64,000 nt of DNA from Octopus bimaculoides (lineage: Eukaryota): assembly GCF_001194135.2 (NCBI RefSeq), contig NC_068991.1, positions 51,592,980 to 51,656,979 of the forward strand. The letters are read 5' to 3'. The first letter of the stretch is position 1; each line of letters starts with the position of its first letter. A program made the translations under genes and the position numbers. Below the pieces are notes generated by a model, which saw nothing but the letters and a program-made list of their open reading frames with translations, had not been told where the DNA came from and did not search any database. Positions 50,491 to 64,000 of this stretch are shown piece by piece.

Positions 50491-51102
50491 GATAAATGAA
50501 ATATTGTACATCAGTTTCTAACTGAAATATTGGAATGAAAATTTAAGGCAAATTTTAGCCTAAAAGAACTATGTTTGCTTGTAACCATGATTTGAACTTG
50601 CATTCTCAAAATTTGAATCCAAATTTGAATGAATCAAAATTGGTTGATATAAAGTATGCACATACCAGAAATAATGGGAGAGAGAGAGAGAGAGTACAAG
50701 AGAAAAAGTGGAATAGATAACAATGGAGAGTGAGAGGGAAAGAGAAAGGAAGAAAAAGACTTGAAATAACAAAATTTTCAATGAGAAACTGAAAATGAGG
50801 TGGAATAGCAAAGCACAAAAAATTCATTGCAATATTGACCGTTCTATACTAAGAAATACTATTCACTGTCCCCCGCCTCACTCTGTATATGCCCAGGTTT
50901 TCACCACTCACTTCCCCATCCCTCTGCACACTCTAATCCTGTACCTTTTGCAATATCTTGCCACAAATTACAACCTTCGAACCTCAAGGGTATGCCCTGG
51001 CATGTCCCACCATCTATATCTCCCTCTTTCTTTACTCAACCATCCCTTTTATATTCTGATCCCTGTCTGTTGTGAATATACCCAGTACTTTGCCACCATC
51101 TA

Positions 51103-51110
51103 TGTCTCTC

Positions 51111-51180
<70 letters not shown>

Positions 51181-51192
51181 TCTCTCTCTCTC
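51103..51192. repeat. (CT)n microsatellite
   Basis: Directly visible. Confidence 0.95.
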
Positions 51193-51829
51193 CTTCACTT
51201 CTCTCAGGTTGGGTAACTATGTATCTCCTTGCAGCAGCACACCTGTTTCTGTCTTCATTCTTTCTCTCTCTCTTTCTCTCTTTCGCTGGATAACTTTGCA
51301 CCTCCTCTATAGCAAGACAATATTTCAGTCTCTCTGTCTCACTATAACCTTTAATCATCTGATACAAGATCATCTCCTTCAGTGCCCTCTCTCTTCACAA
51401 ATGATTTTTGTCTCGCAAGTTACTTGATGGCTCTGTCAGTGCAGGTGCCACTTAAAAAGCATCCAGTCCACACTGTAAAGTGCCTGGTGTTTGGAAGTGC
51501 ATCCAGCTGTAAAAATCCTGCCAAAACAGTTACAGAAGTCTGATGCAGGCTTCTGCCTGGCCAGCTCCTGATAAACCATCCCACCCATGCCAGCATGGAA
51601 GGCAGACAGTAAATGATGATGATGATAATGATATATATGATCTTCATCATTTAACTTCTTTTCCATGTTTGCTTGGATCATACTGGATTCATTGAGACAG
51701 ATTTTCTGTGTCCTGATACTCTTCTTGTCACCAACTCTCACCTGTTTCCAAGCAAGGTAATAGACACCCAACCTATCATACAATTAGTAGCCCAGACATA
51801 GTAATAAGCCTTTTTTGTTTTACAGAGAT

Positions 51830-52912
51830 TGTTCAACATGTCAAGACATGTGGAGAAACTTGGACATGCTTTCACAGTTGACTACAAACATTCAACACCA
51901 CTTGTATTGATAGTGAGGCTATTTACAGTCAGCAGACATGATGGCTCACTTGCATTTAGTGATGCTGCAAAGAGAGACTTGAGATGCCACTAAGAAAGGT
52001 TGCTAAATGAAGAGAATGAATGGGAGAAAGAGAGTCTACCAAACGTCAACCCAATAGAGGGATTAGCTATCTGAATTGACAGTACCTTGGTAGATAAAGC
52101 AATTAAGGGTATGAAGACAGGGAATGTCCCGGCCCCTCAGGAATCACTGCAGAGATGCTTAAAATATCTGGCTGTGTAGGGTTAGTCACCCCTATAGTCA
52201 ACTAGGTGATACATGAAGGAGTCATACCCAATGACTGGTGCAGCAGCACCATAGTCAGCTGCTACAAAGGAAAAGGTGACGCATTAGATAGGAATAATTA
52301 CAGAGGTATCGAGTTGTTGGATCAGGTGATGAAAATCACTTAGAGGGTCATAGCCCAATTAATCAGGGAGAGAATTAGTTTAAATGAGATGCAGTTTGGG
52401 TTTGTGCCAGGGAGAAACACCACTGATACTATATTTCTGGTAAGACAGCAACAGGAGAAATTCCTTGCCAAAATAAACCTCTGTACCTGGCTTTCATTGA
52501 CATGTAGAAAGCCTTTGACAGGGTCTCCTGATCCCTTATCTGGTAGTCAATGCAGATACTAGGGATAGATGAGTGGTTAGTGAGGGCTGTACAAGCTATG
52601 TACAGGGATGCTGTCAGTAAGGTGAAGGTTGGAGTAGGGGTTCACCAAGGATCAGTCCTCAGCCCCCTCTTATTCATCATAGTCCTCCAGACAATAACAG
52701 AGGAATTCAAGAGAGGATGCCCCTGGGAGCTCCTCTATGCTGATAACCTTGCTCTAATAGCTGAGTCACTACCAGAGCTAGAGGAGAAGTTTCAGGTGTG
52801 GAAGCAAGGTCTAGAATTGAAGGGCCTTAGAGCCAATATATCAAAAGCCAAAGTCTTAGTAAGTAGGAAAGGTGTAGGAGGTGTATGCTCTGAGAGTGTA
52901 GCTGCTAGAATA
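51830..52912 (+). mobile_element. RTE-type LINE reverse transcriptase pseudogene
   Basis: NNYRGI.LLDQVMKI...MQFGFVPGRNTTDTIFLVRQ...KAFDRV...GVHQGSVLSPLLFIIV...ELLYADNLAL, with stops and deletions. Confidence 0.92.
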
Positions 52913-54799
52913 NNNNNNNNNNNNNNNNNNNNNNNNNNNNNNNNNNNNNNNNNNNNNNNNNNNNNNNNNNNNNNNNNNNNNNNNNNNNNNNNNNNNNNNN
53001 NNNNNNNNNNNNNNNNNNNNNNNNNNNNNNNNNNNNNNNNNNNNNNNNNNNNNNNNNNNNNNNNNNNNNNNNNNNNNNNNNNNNNNNNNNNNNNNNNNNN
53101 NNNNNNNNNNNNNNNNNNNNNNNNNNNNNNNNNNNNNNNNNNNNNNNNNGTGTGTGTGTGTATGTGTGTGTGTGTGTGTGTGTGCGTGCGTGTGTGTGGA
53201 TATATATATGATCTTTTAACATCCATCTTCCATGTTGGCTTGGATTGGACTGCTTGACTGGATCTGATGGATCAAAGGACTATATTATGCTCCAGTGTCT
53301 GCTTTGGCAAAGTTTCTATTGCTGGATGCCCTTCCTAACATCAGCCACTTTACTAAGTGCATTTTGTGTGGCATCAACACCAGTGAAGTTGTTAAGTGGC
53401 TTGCAAGACTAAGATTCTCATTGGCTGAATGGGGTTACAGTAGAGAAGGATGCAGTTTTATGCAAGATGATGAAAGGTTAGGGTACAGAGGAACGAGGCA
53501 GAACATATTTCTTGTGATACAAGTGATGCAGGGTTTGAGACTAATTGGTATGAAACAAGAGAGGGAAATAAAGATGGTGATGAGAAAGTGTTAAGATAGG
53601 TCCAAGGGGCTAAAGAGCAAGAAGGGAGGCTAGGTAGAGATAGCAAAAGTATATGGGAAGCTTGAGGAATGATAATAAATGTGGTAAGGTGTGCAAAACA
53701 TTGAATGATGAACAAGAGTCAAAGTGGAGGAGATGTCTGTGATAAAATAGGAGGCAGAAAATGATAACTAGATGGGTATAGGAGTGAGTGTGGTGAATGT
53801 TGGTGGTGGGATAATCAATGATACATATGAGTTGGGGAGTAGGGGTTGATTGGCAGTACAAGAGGGTCAGTAGAATAGAGAGAAAGAGATGACATAACTA
53901 AATAGGTTAAAAGTATGTGAGTGAAGAGAAAGATGTAATGCATGAATGAGAGTGAGAAATGTATGGTGATATGGATAAATCAACAGAAAGTGGTTCATTG
54001 GAGAGGGAGAGAAAATTTGTTAGCAAAGAATGGTAGGCTAACCAATGTAAAATGTGAGTGGAGAGAAACAGTGTAATAATGAAGGATGGAAGTCAATTGA
54101 GGTGGTTCCAGGTAGTGAGAAAGATAACTGACATCACAGAAAAGATGATAAGATATGTAGTCTGCTCTCATTTGATTACAGCAGTAGAATACTGCAGCTT
54201 TCAAGCGATGGCAAGTTCAGTGATAGAGAATTAGGAGGTGGAGGGAAAATTTGATTAGTAAATTAGGCAAAGGTCTCAATTGTGTTTATAGAAATTTTGC
54301 TTCCAGATGAGCTTTCCCAAACAGATGTTCTGGTCCTTAGTTTTCTTTATGAGCTTCAAGTTCTTGAGATGAGCCTTCACTATTTCATTCCATATCTTTC
54401 TCAGTTTGCATCTTCTACAAGCTCCATCCATCTTAAGCATTTGGCAATTTTTATGCAGTTGTTCTCATCCATATGCATCACATGACTTTACCAGTATAGT
54501 CTTCTGTCCTACACTCTACACTTAATGCCTTTAATGCCCAATTTTTCTCCCAGCACATTTGCACTTTGCACTTTGTTGCTCTTATAACACTAAGTTTAAT
54601 GGAGCATTGTAGCTTCATTCCTTTGTAGTCACATACACACATACATAATATATTGTAAACATAAGTGAAGAGGTGTTAAAGGTGAAGATAGATTTATTTT
54701 TCCATATGGTTACAGCTGTTTCAAAACCTTTATCTGATTTTAATTTCAGTATGCAAAATTATATGTACATGTTTATACTCTCAGTATTATGCAAGACAA

Positions 54800-55260
54800 T
54801 TGTCATCATCATCATCATCTAAGGTCCGTTTTCAATGCTGACATGGGTTGGACAGTTTGACAGGAGCTGACAAGCTGAAGAACTACAATAGGCCCCACTT
54901 TTCTGTTTTGGCATGGTTTCTACAGCTGGATGCCTTTCCTAATGCCAGCCACTTCACAGTATACTGCATGTTTTTCTATGTGACACTGGCATGGGTGCTT
55001 CTCATATGGCACTGACATGGGTGCTTTTTGTATGGCACCAGCACTGGTTATTTTACGTGACACTAGCACCTACGATCTCGTAGGATAAAGACTTCTTGGC
55101 TGACTGAGGCACATATCTGTATGTATAGCTGACCAAAATTTTACTTAGCTTAACGTGTCTTCTCAAGTACAGCAAATCGCCTGAAGACTCATTCTCTTGA
55201 CATCTCCTTAATGAGGCCTAGTGTCTGAAGATCCTTTCTCACCACTTCATCCCACCACAA
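54800..55260 (-). mobile_element. RTE 3' UTR/tail fragment; similar tails at ~30280, 51425, 53210, 55587 and 56880-57310
   Basis: Shared motif tttctacagctggatgcccttcctaatgcca and (cat)n tails. Confidence 0.8.
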
Positions 55261-56039
55261 ATTAATGCAAATGAAGAAAGCTAACTCATCAGATCACCAG
55301 AACATTATGGTTACATCTACAATTTAAATTTGCATTAATTTGCAAATATATTGTTGCATTGTATAATGCTGAGCATACATATTGATGCAGACATGTACAT
55401 ATAATTTTGCATACTGAAATTAATACATGAAGAAAGTTATGAAATAACTGTAATCATATAGAAGCAATATGGATAAATATATCTGTCTTTACCTCTTACT
55501 CCTCTTGACCTCATACTTTATTTACTCCAAGACGAAAAATTTATCTTTAGGTTTTTCTGGATTTTCAGTTACACAGACACATTACATTACATCATCATCA
55601 TTTAATGTCTGCTTTCCATGGTGGCATGACTTGGACAGTTTGACTGAAAACTGGTAAGTTGGGGTGGAGGGCTGCACCAGGTTCTGATCTGAATTTGGCA
55701 AGGTTTCTACAGCTGGATGCTCTTCTTCACACCAACCACTCCAAGAGTGTAGGTGGGGGTGGGGCATTATAGATTCTTATTGAAATTCAATTAACCTATA
55801 ATTGAATTGGATGTTAGTTTAATATGTATGCAAAGTTTCGTCAAGATTGGTTCACTGGCGTAGGCAGCAAGATGGTATTAGACAGATCGACAGACAGAAA
55901 TTGCCATTTAGGTATAAGATACATATAGATATATATATCAAATTAAATACACAACTGAAAGAGCTACTAACAGTTTCTTGCTATTGAACAGGCATATTTA
56001 TAAAATAAGCCATGTATCTTAAAGTAATCTTTTGGTGGA

Positions 56040-56330
56040 ATACCATGAAGTAGTTGATAACTTCCATTATCAAGTCAGCAGTGGAGGTGGATGCTCAGAA
56101 AGCATAGCTGTTAGTATAAGAATAAGCTAGACAAAGTTTAGAGAGCTTCTACCTTTCTTGGTAACTAAGGGCTTCTCCCTGAGAGTGAAAGGCAGTTTGT
56201 ATGATGCTAGTGAAACATGGACTTTGACCACTAAAGACATGTCTAGGCTTGAAAGAAATGAAGCTAGTATGCTTTACTGGATGTGCATGTCAGTGGGCAT
56301 GTATGACAGAGTGTAAGCATCTTTATGTGA
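56040..56330 (+). mobile_element. RTE RT C-terminal fragment
   Basis: EVVDNF...GGCSESIAVSIRI...KFRELLPFLVTKGFSLRVKGSLYDA. Confidence 0.8.
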
Positions 56331-57935
56331 TTACCTTTACACTTAGGTGCCGTGTCACCTTTCTGTCTCTCACTACTTGTTTCGCCTACCCACATTCACC
56401 CTAGCTCCCCTCTCTTTTTCTCACTATCCCTCCCCTCATTGTCTCCCCATCTGCTCTTCCCCTTACTTTTATAAGATCCCCCAACCTTTCTTTTCTTCAA
56501 TGATTCATGAGTCCTCACCATTCTAATCTATTTCTCCCTTCTCTCTCTTTTTACTCTTACCTTCCACATATTCTCACCTTTATATCGTTGGATAGCATCT
56601 GACCCCTCTTACACAACCCACTCCATTCCTTTTACACTCTGTTCCCCCACTTTTTCTCAACCACCCTGACACTGATCTCTTTCCCCTGGTCTCAACCGTA
56701 CTCATTCTCCCAATTAGTGTCTTGTTTTTGTTTTTTGTTATTCTCTCCTCTGCTACCCTATCACAGCTAACAGTCTGTTCCTCTCAATTTACTTATACTT
56801 TGTCATCACCTTGTCTTGAACAATCATGTTCTCTCCTGTTTCTCCTCCTTTTATAGGGGTCACTTTAAGCCCTTAGTCTTGCAAGATATGACAAGCTTCA
56901 CCAGTGCTGGAGTTGTCATCAGAAAGCACCCACTACATTCTGTAAGTGATTGGAAAGGCATCTTGTAGAAACCATGCAAAATATACACTGGAACATGACA
57001 TAGCTCTGCAACTTATCAAATTCTGTTGGAATGTCTAACTCATGCCAGCATGGAAGGCATATATTATTATATGATATATATCTATGTCTAGGATATAGCT
57101 AAATAAAATCGCAGTCATCCATATATATGGGCATGTTCTTTGCAGGTGTCACATAAAATGCACTCATGCTGGTGCTGTGTAAAATGCATCTGTGCTGGTG
57201 GCACATAAAAGGTACCCAGCATACCCTGTAAAGTGATTGGCATTAGGAAGGGCATCCAGCCTAGAAACCATGCCAGAACAGACAATTGGAGTTTGGACAG
57301 CTTCCCTGCAGTGTGTGTGTGTTTGTATGAAAAATATCTTTTGTCATGTTTGTTACATGAAATATGTATATATTCTTATCAGTCACTCGAATTAACAACA
57401 TAGAGGTCTTAGTTGTTTCTTATGGTAATATATATTAAATATTATTTAATATCATTATTAAAATAAATACTATCACTAATAATTCTTTTTACTATAAGCC
57501 CAAGACCCGAAATCTATGGGGAGGGAGCTCATCAATTACATCAATTTCAGTGCTTAACTGGTACCTATTTCATTGACCCCCAAAAGAATGAAAGGCAAGG
57601 TCAACCTCAGTGGAATTTGAAATGAGAATGTAAAGCCAGAAGGAATGCCACTAAGAGTTTTGTTTGGTGTGTTAAAGATTCTGTCAGTTTACCACCTCAC
57701 TACTGGTGACAATAATATTATTAATCACCATAGTAATAATAATAAGAGCAGTAACATTCATAATAACACTGAGCTCTAAATTCCATCAATAATATCTCTA
57801 AAAATAGTAGCAAAAGATCGTTAGAGATACTAAAATTCTGACTATAATAAAAAAGATTATGGTAATCCATCTATAATACTATTATTAAAACATTGATGTT
57901 AGTAATATTATTATTAATGTATTATAGTCTTATTA

Positions 57936-59919
57936 CACTGGTCAACAAAATGAAACTTTTTTTATTCATCAGAGTTGCTGATTGACTTTTCTGGGTTAAT
58001 TTTTGATGCTGATTATGAATCTGAAGTCCGATTTCCTCTATCAGGTCACATTTTCATGTTAATGATACCTGCTGTTTTAACTTATAGGATATGTAAAGCA
58101 TGTCTGTATAAAGTATATTGAATACAAGATACGATAATTTCATGGCTTTTTATTGTACAAAATTTAAATTATTGTGTACAAATAAGTTAGAATACACTCA
58201 AATGCATAACAACTTAAAATCGGTGGTTTTTGGAAATTTGGCCTTCACATATTCAAAACCTTTTGAGCTTTGCCTGGCAAGTATCTTCACAAATTGTTTC
58301 ATGAGGCCAAGCTTTATGTGAAGAGGGAGAAGAAGAACATTTTCTGTGTTTAAAGGTGGCTTATTCTAGACGCTAAAAACTCCCAGCTCATAGGCTTTTC
58401 GCAAAAGCCACTCTGATTGCACATAGTGCTTGATAGTTGCACGATTGTCCCACAGGCATAAAAAGCAACAATATTTTGTGAACCCAGATTGCATTCCCAT
58501 CAGCTTTCCAATCACCTTCAAGTCTCAACATATTTTCCAGCTGTAGTTTGTATACTTTATGGCATTGAGAGGAGTACTTGCATGTTTTTATCACACTCCT
58601 TCATGTGCACTGAATGTCCTATGGGACTGGATGGTTTCTTATTGCTGTTGTGTAGAAGTACTGCCTTCGGCTTCTCTTAGGTGACTCAATGAATAAGCGC
58701 CATTCAGCTGGAACATGCTCTTGGAACCAACAGCGAAATAACTCATCAGTGTTATTACTGAAACAATGTGGTCCATCAACAGAGAAGAATGAAGTCAGAT
58801 CCCTATTTCTCTTCCTGAAATGAGTAATACAAACATCTTTCTTAAGCAGACACNNNNNNNNNNNNNNNNNNNNNNNNNNNNNNNNNNNNNNNNNNNNNNN
58901 NNNNNNNNNNNNNNNNNNNNNNNNNNNNNNNNNNNNNNNNNNNNNNNNNNNNNNNNNNNNNNNNNNNNNNNNNNNNNNNNNNNNNNNNNNNNNNNNNNNN
59001 NNNNNNNNNNNNNNNNNNNNNNNNNNNNNNNNNNNNNNNNNNNNNNNNNNNNNNNNNNNNNNNNNNNNNNNNNNNNNNNNNNNNNNNNNNNNNNNNNNNN
59101 NNNNNNNNNNNNNNNNNNNNNNNNNNNNNNNNNNNNNNNNNNNNNNNNNNNNNNNNNNNNNNNNNNNNNNNNNNNNNNNNNNNNNNNNNNNNNNNNNNNN
59201 NNNNNNNNNNNNNNNNNNNNNNGATCATCATCGTTGTGCGGTACTGGTCTTCTTGCTGATTCCAAGTTGGGATACACAATCTTATGCTTGGTCTTTACAG
59301 TAAACCCACATACATTAACGCTGCAGAAATAACAGCCCATGAAATGATCCTTTGGCTCTCTCTATATCATAGGTATTGCAAACGGCATTGCTCTCTTCCT
59401 CTTGTTTAGCCAATCCCTTGGTCCATTTGAACAAGCTGAGCAGATGATGTGCGGGGCCAACTCTTATCTTGATCCCCAAGAGAGCAGCCAAAGTATAACT
59501 GGTAGACCTTCTTGATTTCACTTGTGATGACACGTTGCTGAGCTTTGGTGGTAAAGGAACCACAGACATGACAAAATATATCAGGACTGTTCTTGCAATG
59601 TCTTGACATCCTAAGTAGAATTTTATGATGATGATGACTTGGCACTTTAAACAGAAAGTAAAATTTATGAAAAGAAAAGATTATGAAAACATAAAATTAC
59701 AAAATGAATACAAATAGTTATAAAACAGAAGTCAGAATTTACCTGTATAAGACATTTATGTGTAGCGATACTGCTGATGGGAGTTATATGCCTCCATCAT
59801 CTCATCAGAAAAAACTGTGCCTGATAGAAGGAAACCGATTACATTTTTGAAATCTGTGGGTAAAACTACCTATAAAACATCATATAATATCCCTGATGAA
59901 AATTGGCTGTTGATCAGTG
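57936..59919 (-). mobile_element. Chapaev3-like (CMC; RAG1/Transib-related) DNA transposon, internally deleted, with TIRs and 3-bp TTA TSD
   Basis: TIRs cactggtcaaca (57936) and tgttgatcagtg (59919); tta on both flanks. Transposase motifs CKNSPDIFCHVCG, LGDQDKSW, CYFCSVN, EWRLFI, DLKVIGKLMGMQSGFTKYCCFLCLWD and LHIKLGLMKQFVK. The family name is from recall of these motifs. Confidence 0.85.
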
Positions 59920-60829
59920 TTATTAGATGATTACCATTGTTGGTTCGTTGATGATATTGATAATAGTTTCAGTTATGTCTCTGATGTAGCTGAAAGATGA
60001 CAGTGATGATGATGTTGATGATAATGATGCTATTATTAGGGTGATGAAGTGTAGAGGGGGAAGAAAATTGTGAGTCCTTTTTTATTTTTTTCTCTTGGTA
60101 ATGGGTGTATGATTCACCTACAGAGTTGCTAGGATTGCATTACACCATGACAAATGTTATAAAAGAAGTTATTCTACATTCCATCATGTATTCACATTAG
60201 ATATATGTATACTGTTTGTGTATTTATTGCTAAATAAATTAAAACTTCCAACAAATATGAAAGGAAACTGCAATTAACATAATTTGGCTGACACTGGATT
60301 GCACTTATAATATAGAGAAACATTTTTAGTAATATGGCTGTAGAAAGTAGCATTGTGAATGATATGAGAGAGAGAAAAAAGTCAAAGAAGGATAACTGTC
60401 TTGCAGTGAATTAAAATTAGATTTCTGTGGTTGAACTCTTCAAAAATAAAAGAGACTTCAAAACCACACTTTGATAAAAAATATATTAAAATTAGGATTT
60501 TTAAGAATTCTCTTGACGATGTAGACTTTAATAATTGCTTTCTTTTTGTAAAAGTTACATACTACAGACTAATTAATAAGTGGCTTTCTTTATTATACTT
60601 ATAGATATGAAGGGATTGATAGATAATGTATGTAATGTTGGCAATAGTGCTAGGTGTTATAGTGCAAAGGGTTTTCTTTCCTAATGTTATACTATATGTT
60701 ATACTGTGTGTAATGTATATTGTTTATGTTGAGTGTGTAATGTATATAATATTTTATGAAATCATAGTACTGGTAATTCTATCCTCCTGAGTCAAGTAAT
60801 GGTCTATAATTAAGATAAGATCAATAAAT

Positions 60830-61390
60830 TTTGTACCTGTAGACTGTTATTTTCTCAGATTTCTTGTTTAAAAATTCTGAATTTGTAAAGGGGATCTGTT
60901 ATGCTTCTTTGGTACAAACATTAGATTTTGTTCCTTCTGTATAGTATGATTTCAGCCCCAAACCTCCTCTACAGAGTGAATTGAATGCTGGTTTCTTTTA
61001 AGCACCAGAGGTAGCTTGATAATGTAGCCATGTTCTTCTTTGCTTTGTGTCTCAAGTGTATCTACACTTTAACTTATTTTCCTTAAGTCTGGTGTATATC
61101 TGTTTGAAGTGTTAGTTACCACATTATTCAGGTAGACTGTATTTTTTTCTAGCTATTTAGACATAAAAGGATAACTAGGTGGATTCATACAATTACAGTC
61201 ACACTTGGAGGCTTTGTTATTGTTCTCTTGTGTATTTAATCTTAACTATATTTGACAGAGTTGTTTTGTGTTATGTTAGGGGTGGTAGAATAAGAACTCC
61301 ACTTAGAGTATCTTCATCCAATCTACTTCAGTAAAGCAGCATTGTTACTGCTGTACTTGGTAATATTACCAGTTGTAATATACAGAGTAA
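60830..61390 (-). mobile_element. Penelope-like GIY-YIG endonuclease fragment, decayed
   Basis: CNCMNPPSYP...NTVY...; HLRHKAKKNMATLSSYLWCLKE resembles the PLE EN C-terminus. Confidence 0.6.
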
Positions 61391-62074
61391 CTATATTCTT
61401 TTATTCTTTTTATTTTATTCTTTTATTTGTTTCAGTCATTTGACTGTGGCCATGCTGGAGCACCGCCTTTAGTCAAGCAAATCGACCCCAGGGCTTATTC
61501 TTTGTAAGCTTAGTACTTATTCTATCGGTCTCTCTTGCCGAACCACTAAGTGACGGAGACATAAACACACCAGCAGATGATATCCGGTAGTCAAAATAAT
61601 CATAGTGTGAATTATTAGATATAAAAATATGCTTTACACATGTGTCTATATTGGGTAGTATATATGAAAGTAATTCACTTACAATTGAACTGGTTTCAGT
61701 GAAGTAAAAACATAAAATGAAATGCATGCACACGTACACACACACAAGCATGTGATGACCTACATTGTACGTATACATACATGCAAGGTAGGGCTGATGA
61801 TAATAGTTACTTGTAGAATATATCAGGTATGCTTTTAATAAAGGTGGTGGGTGTGGGTGGGTGAGTGACAGGGAGAAGAAAGATACAGATCTCTGGCTCT
61901 TGTCCCTCAAAGAATTATTCCTTAAAATTTGAATGTTTGTATATTTAAACTATGCTAACACATGAAAGAATTACAATTACAAAAATTTACTATTAACAAG
62001 AACTACATACTGGATTGCCAATACTGTTACAATTAAGAACATTTTTGATGATGCTAATAAGCATGTTCCACCAC

Positions 62075-62527
62075 AAGGTCTAGTGCTTATTCTGGGATGG
62101 TAACTTGTGTGCCTCAGTGACCCTCAGAGCTATTCCAGTGGAGCACAAGCTCATAGAAGGGCATCCCATGCTGGACAGGTCAAAGCTGGGCTAGTATCGA
62201 TATTTTCCCCAAAGGTAGAGCTGGGTTTGAATAGGAACAACACCTCTACCTAGAAAAAGCAAAGTTAGAAAAGCATTGGAGACATTTGAAAACCAACAAG
62301 TCGTGGGAGAGGAAGATCTTCCTTAAGGGAAACAGGGAACCAAAGAGAGACAGAAGAAAGGGCACCCTAAAAATAGCTGGGGGTAGGATACTGAGACGTA
62401 ATTGAAAAAGCAAGATCCAAACTATTGAAATGCAGAAAAGACAACCCAGAGTCAAAGACAGTAGAGGTAAGTCGAGCTTTGCATAGGCCCCACAGGAAGC
62501 AAAGGGCATAAGTAAAGTAAGTAATAA
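62075..62527 (+). mobile_element. Internally deleted RTE element (5' UTR fused to 3' end, (taag)n-like tail)
   Basis: gtgaccctcagagctattccagtggagcacaagctc...cccatgctggacaggtc 5' motif and ggccccacaggaagcaaagggcataagtaaagtaagtaa 3' tail. Confidence 0.6.
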
Positions 62528-63074
62528 GCATTGTACTTTCCCATTGCAGGTTACAAAATGTAAGGAATTGTCAAAATAATTGTAAAACCATTGAGCAATC
62601 AGATTACATATTTCAAGAATAAGTGTGTGAAAAGTTAGCTGCTTTATTCCTACTTGCATATAACAGAGTGACCTAGAGAAGTGAAGATGCTAAAGAGAAT
62701 ACATTTTGCTCTCAGAACAGAAATATATGCAACTTGTGTCCTTGTCTCTAATAAAATTATTACTTTAAACTTGTTTAAAACTTGAATATTTGGACACTTA
62801 AACTATGCTGGCACTTGAAAAGATGAAAATCAGGAAAATTAAGTATTAACGAGAAATATATTCTAGATTCTAGATACCATTACAATTACGAAAATTTTAG
62901 ACAACTCTTGGCATGGTACTTATCTGTAACTAGCTAAGGAAAATAAAGACTATTGAACAATTAGATAACATTGGTAACAAAGTGTTCGAAAACTTAACTG
63001 CTTCTCTCTTGTTTGCATATAATGGATTATACATATCATCATCATCATCATCATTTAATATCCGAAGGTCAATA

Positions 63075-63250
63075 GAGTGAATTTGTTTGTGGCAAATGTA
63101 CAGGAGTAACAAATAATAAGAGCACATGGGAAAATAGATGTTCTGAAATGCCCAGAAAGCTCCCTAGAAGTAGTAGATAATTTCTGTTATGTACATGACA
63201 TATTTGGCAGTGAAGGACGATTCCTCTGAAAGTATAGTTGCTAGAATATG
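63075..63250 (+). mobile_element. RTE/RTEX fragment (end of PHD and YLG region)
   Basis: EFVCGKCTGVTN...LEVVDNFCYVHDIFGSEG..SESIVARI. Confidence 0.75.
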
Positions 63251-63357
63251 AATATATNNNNNNNNNNNNNNNNNNNNNNNNNNNNNNNNNNNNNNNNNNN
63301 NNNNNNNNNNNNNNNNNNNNNNNNNNNNNNNNNNNNNNNNNNNNNNNNNNNNNNNNN

Positions 63358-63391
<34 letters not shown>

Positions 63392-64000
63392 TGTATCCCT
63401 TGCCCAACCAATGCCTTGGGAGTAAATGTGGTAGATAGCATCTGTGTTGAAACATGGTGTGTGTGTGTGTTGTGTGTGCATATGTTTTTGCTTGTTTATT
63501 CAGTGTGTCTTTGTGTCTCTGCATGCACACTTCATCCTCATCACCATGCAGTAACAAATGGAGTCCCACAACACATGAGAAGAAAAAAGTACTCTATGAA
63601 CATTAGCATAAAGCAATCCTAAGACTCCGAATGCTACATTCCAAAAGATAGCCCTGCTCAGCATAGCCCACAACCTATACAAAACGTTAGCATAAGCTAA
63701 TAGCAAAACTCAAGCAGGTCAGTCTTTGCATGTAGCCACCCAATGAAACAACACAACTTGTATAATATATACACTTTGGAATGGCCACTGAGCAATATAA
63801 CCGGACCCGTACTTTACCCAATCATCACTCAATAAATTAACACAGCACTTGCTGCTATATAGCTGATAGCTGATAGCTGATAGCTGATACTATAACATCA
63901 AGAACACATGCTACTCACTTTCTATGTTGTCACACTTAATATAAGACAACCCAGAAAGCTGATAGTTTTCATAGTCACTGTTCAATACTAACAAATGTAA

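Noticed and set aside
60000-63000. Possible coding exons of a plus-strand gene (for example near 60130 and 62940)
   Set aside because: Weak splice signals, early stops and no recognisable homology.
8844-63622. Long ORFs in the supplied track that span N runs or microsatellites
   Set aside because: They are artefacts of X-translated gaps and of CA/TA/CT/CAT repeats.

Overview
AT-rich, repeat-dense animal genomic DNA with several assembly gaps. The SINE/LINE repertoire looks like a coleoid cephalopod, probably Octopus; this is inferred from repeat families and was not verified. Two minus-strand protein-coding genes can be rebuilt from splice sites and protein similarity. (1) A carboxypeptidase Q (CPQ/PGCP, peptidase M28) gene: 13 coding exons located between 38150 and 7939, plus one short catalytic-region exon that is missing and probably lies in an N gap. 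(2) The first two coding exons of cornichon homolog 4 (CNIH4; 5203-5129 and 2377-2309), joined by a U12-type (minor spliceosome) intron; the rest of CNIH4 probably lies left of the window. Introns and the right third of the window hold decayed transposons: RTE/RTEX, Tx1-like and R4/Dong-like LINEs, Penelope-like elements, a Helitron, a Chapaev3-like RAG1-related DNA transposon with both TIRs and TSD, mariner/piggyBac-type MITEs and many tRNA-derived SINEs. The most unusual observations are a 32-bp minisatellite built from a CPQ exon/5' splice-site junction, an orphan TATA/CCAAT/E2F promoter-like island facing a gap inside a CPQ intron, a minimal hammerhead-ribozyme motif, and several long inverted repeats that would form dsRNA in pre-mRNA. 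I found no clear evidence of a wholly new multi-gene system. Exon coordinates were counted by hand against codon phase; most repeat boundaries are approximate.
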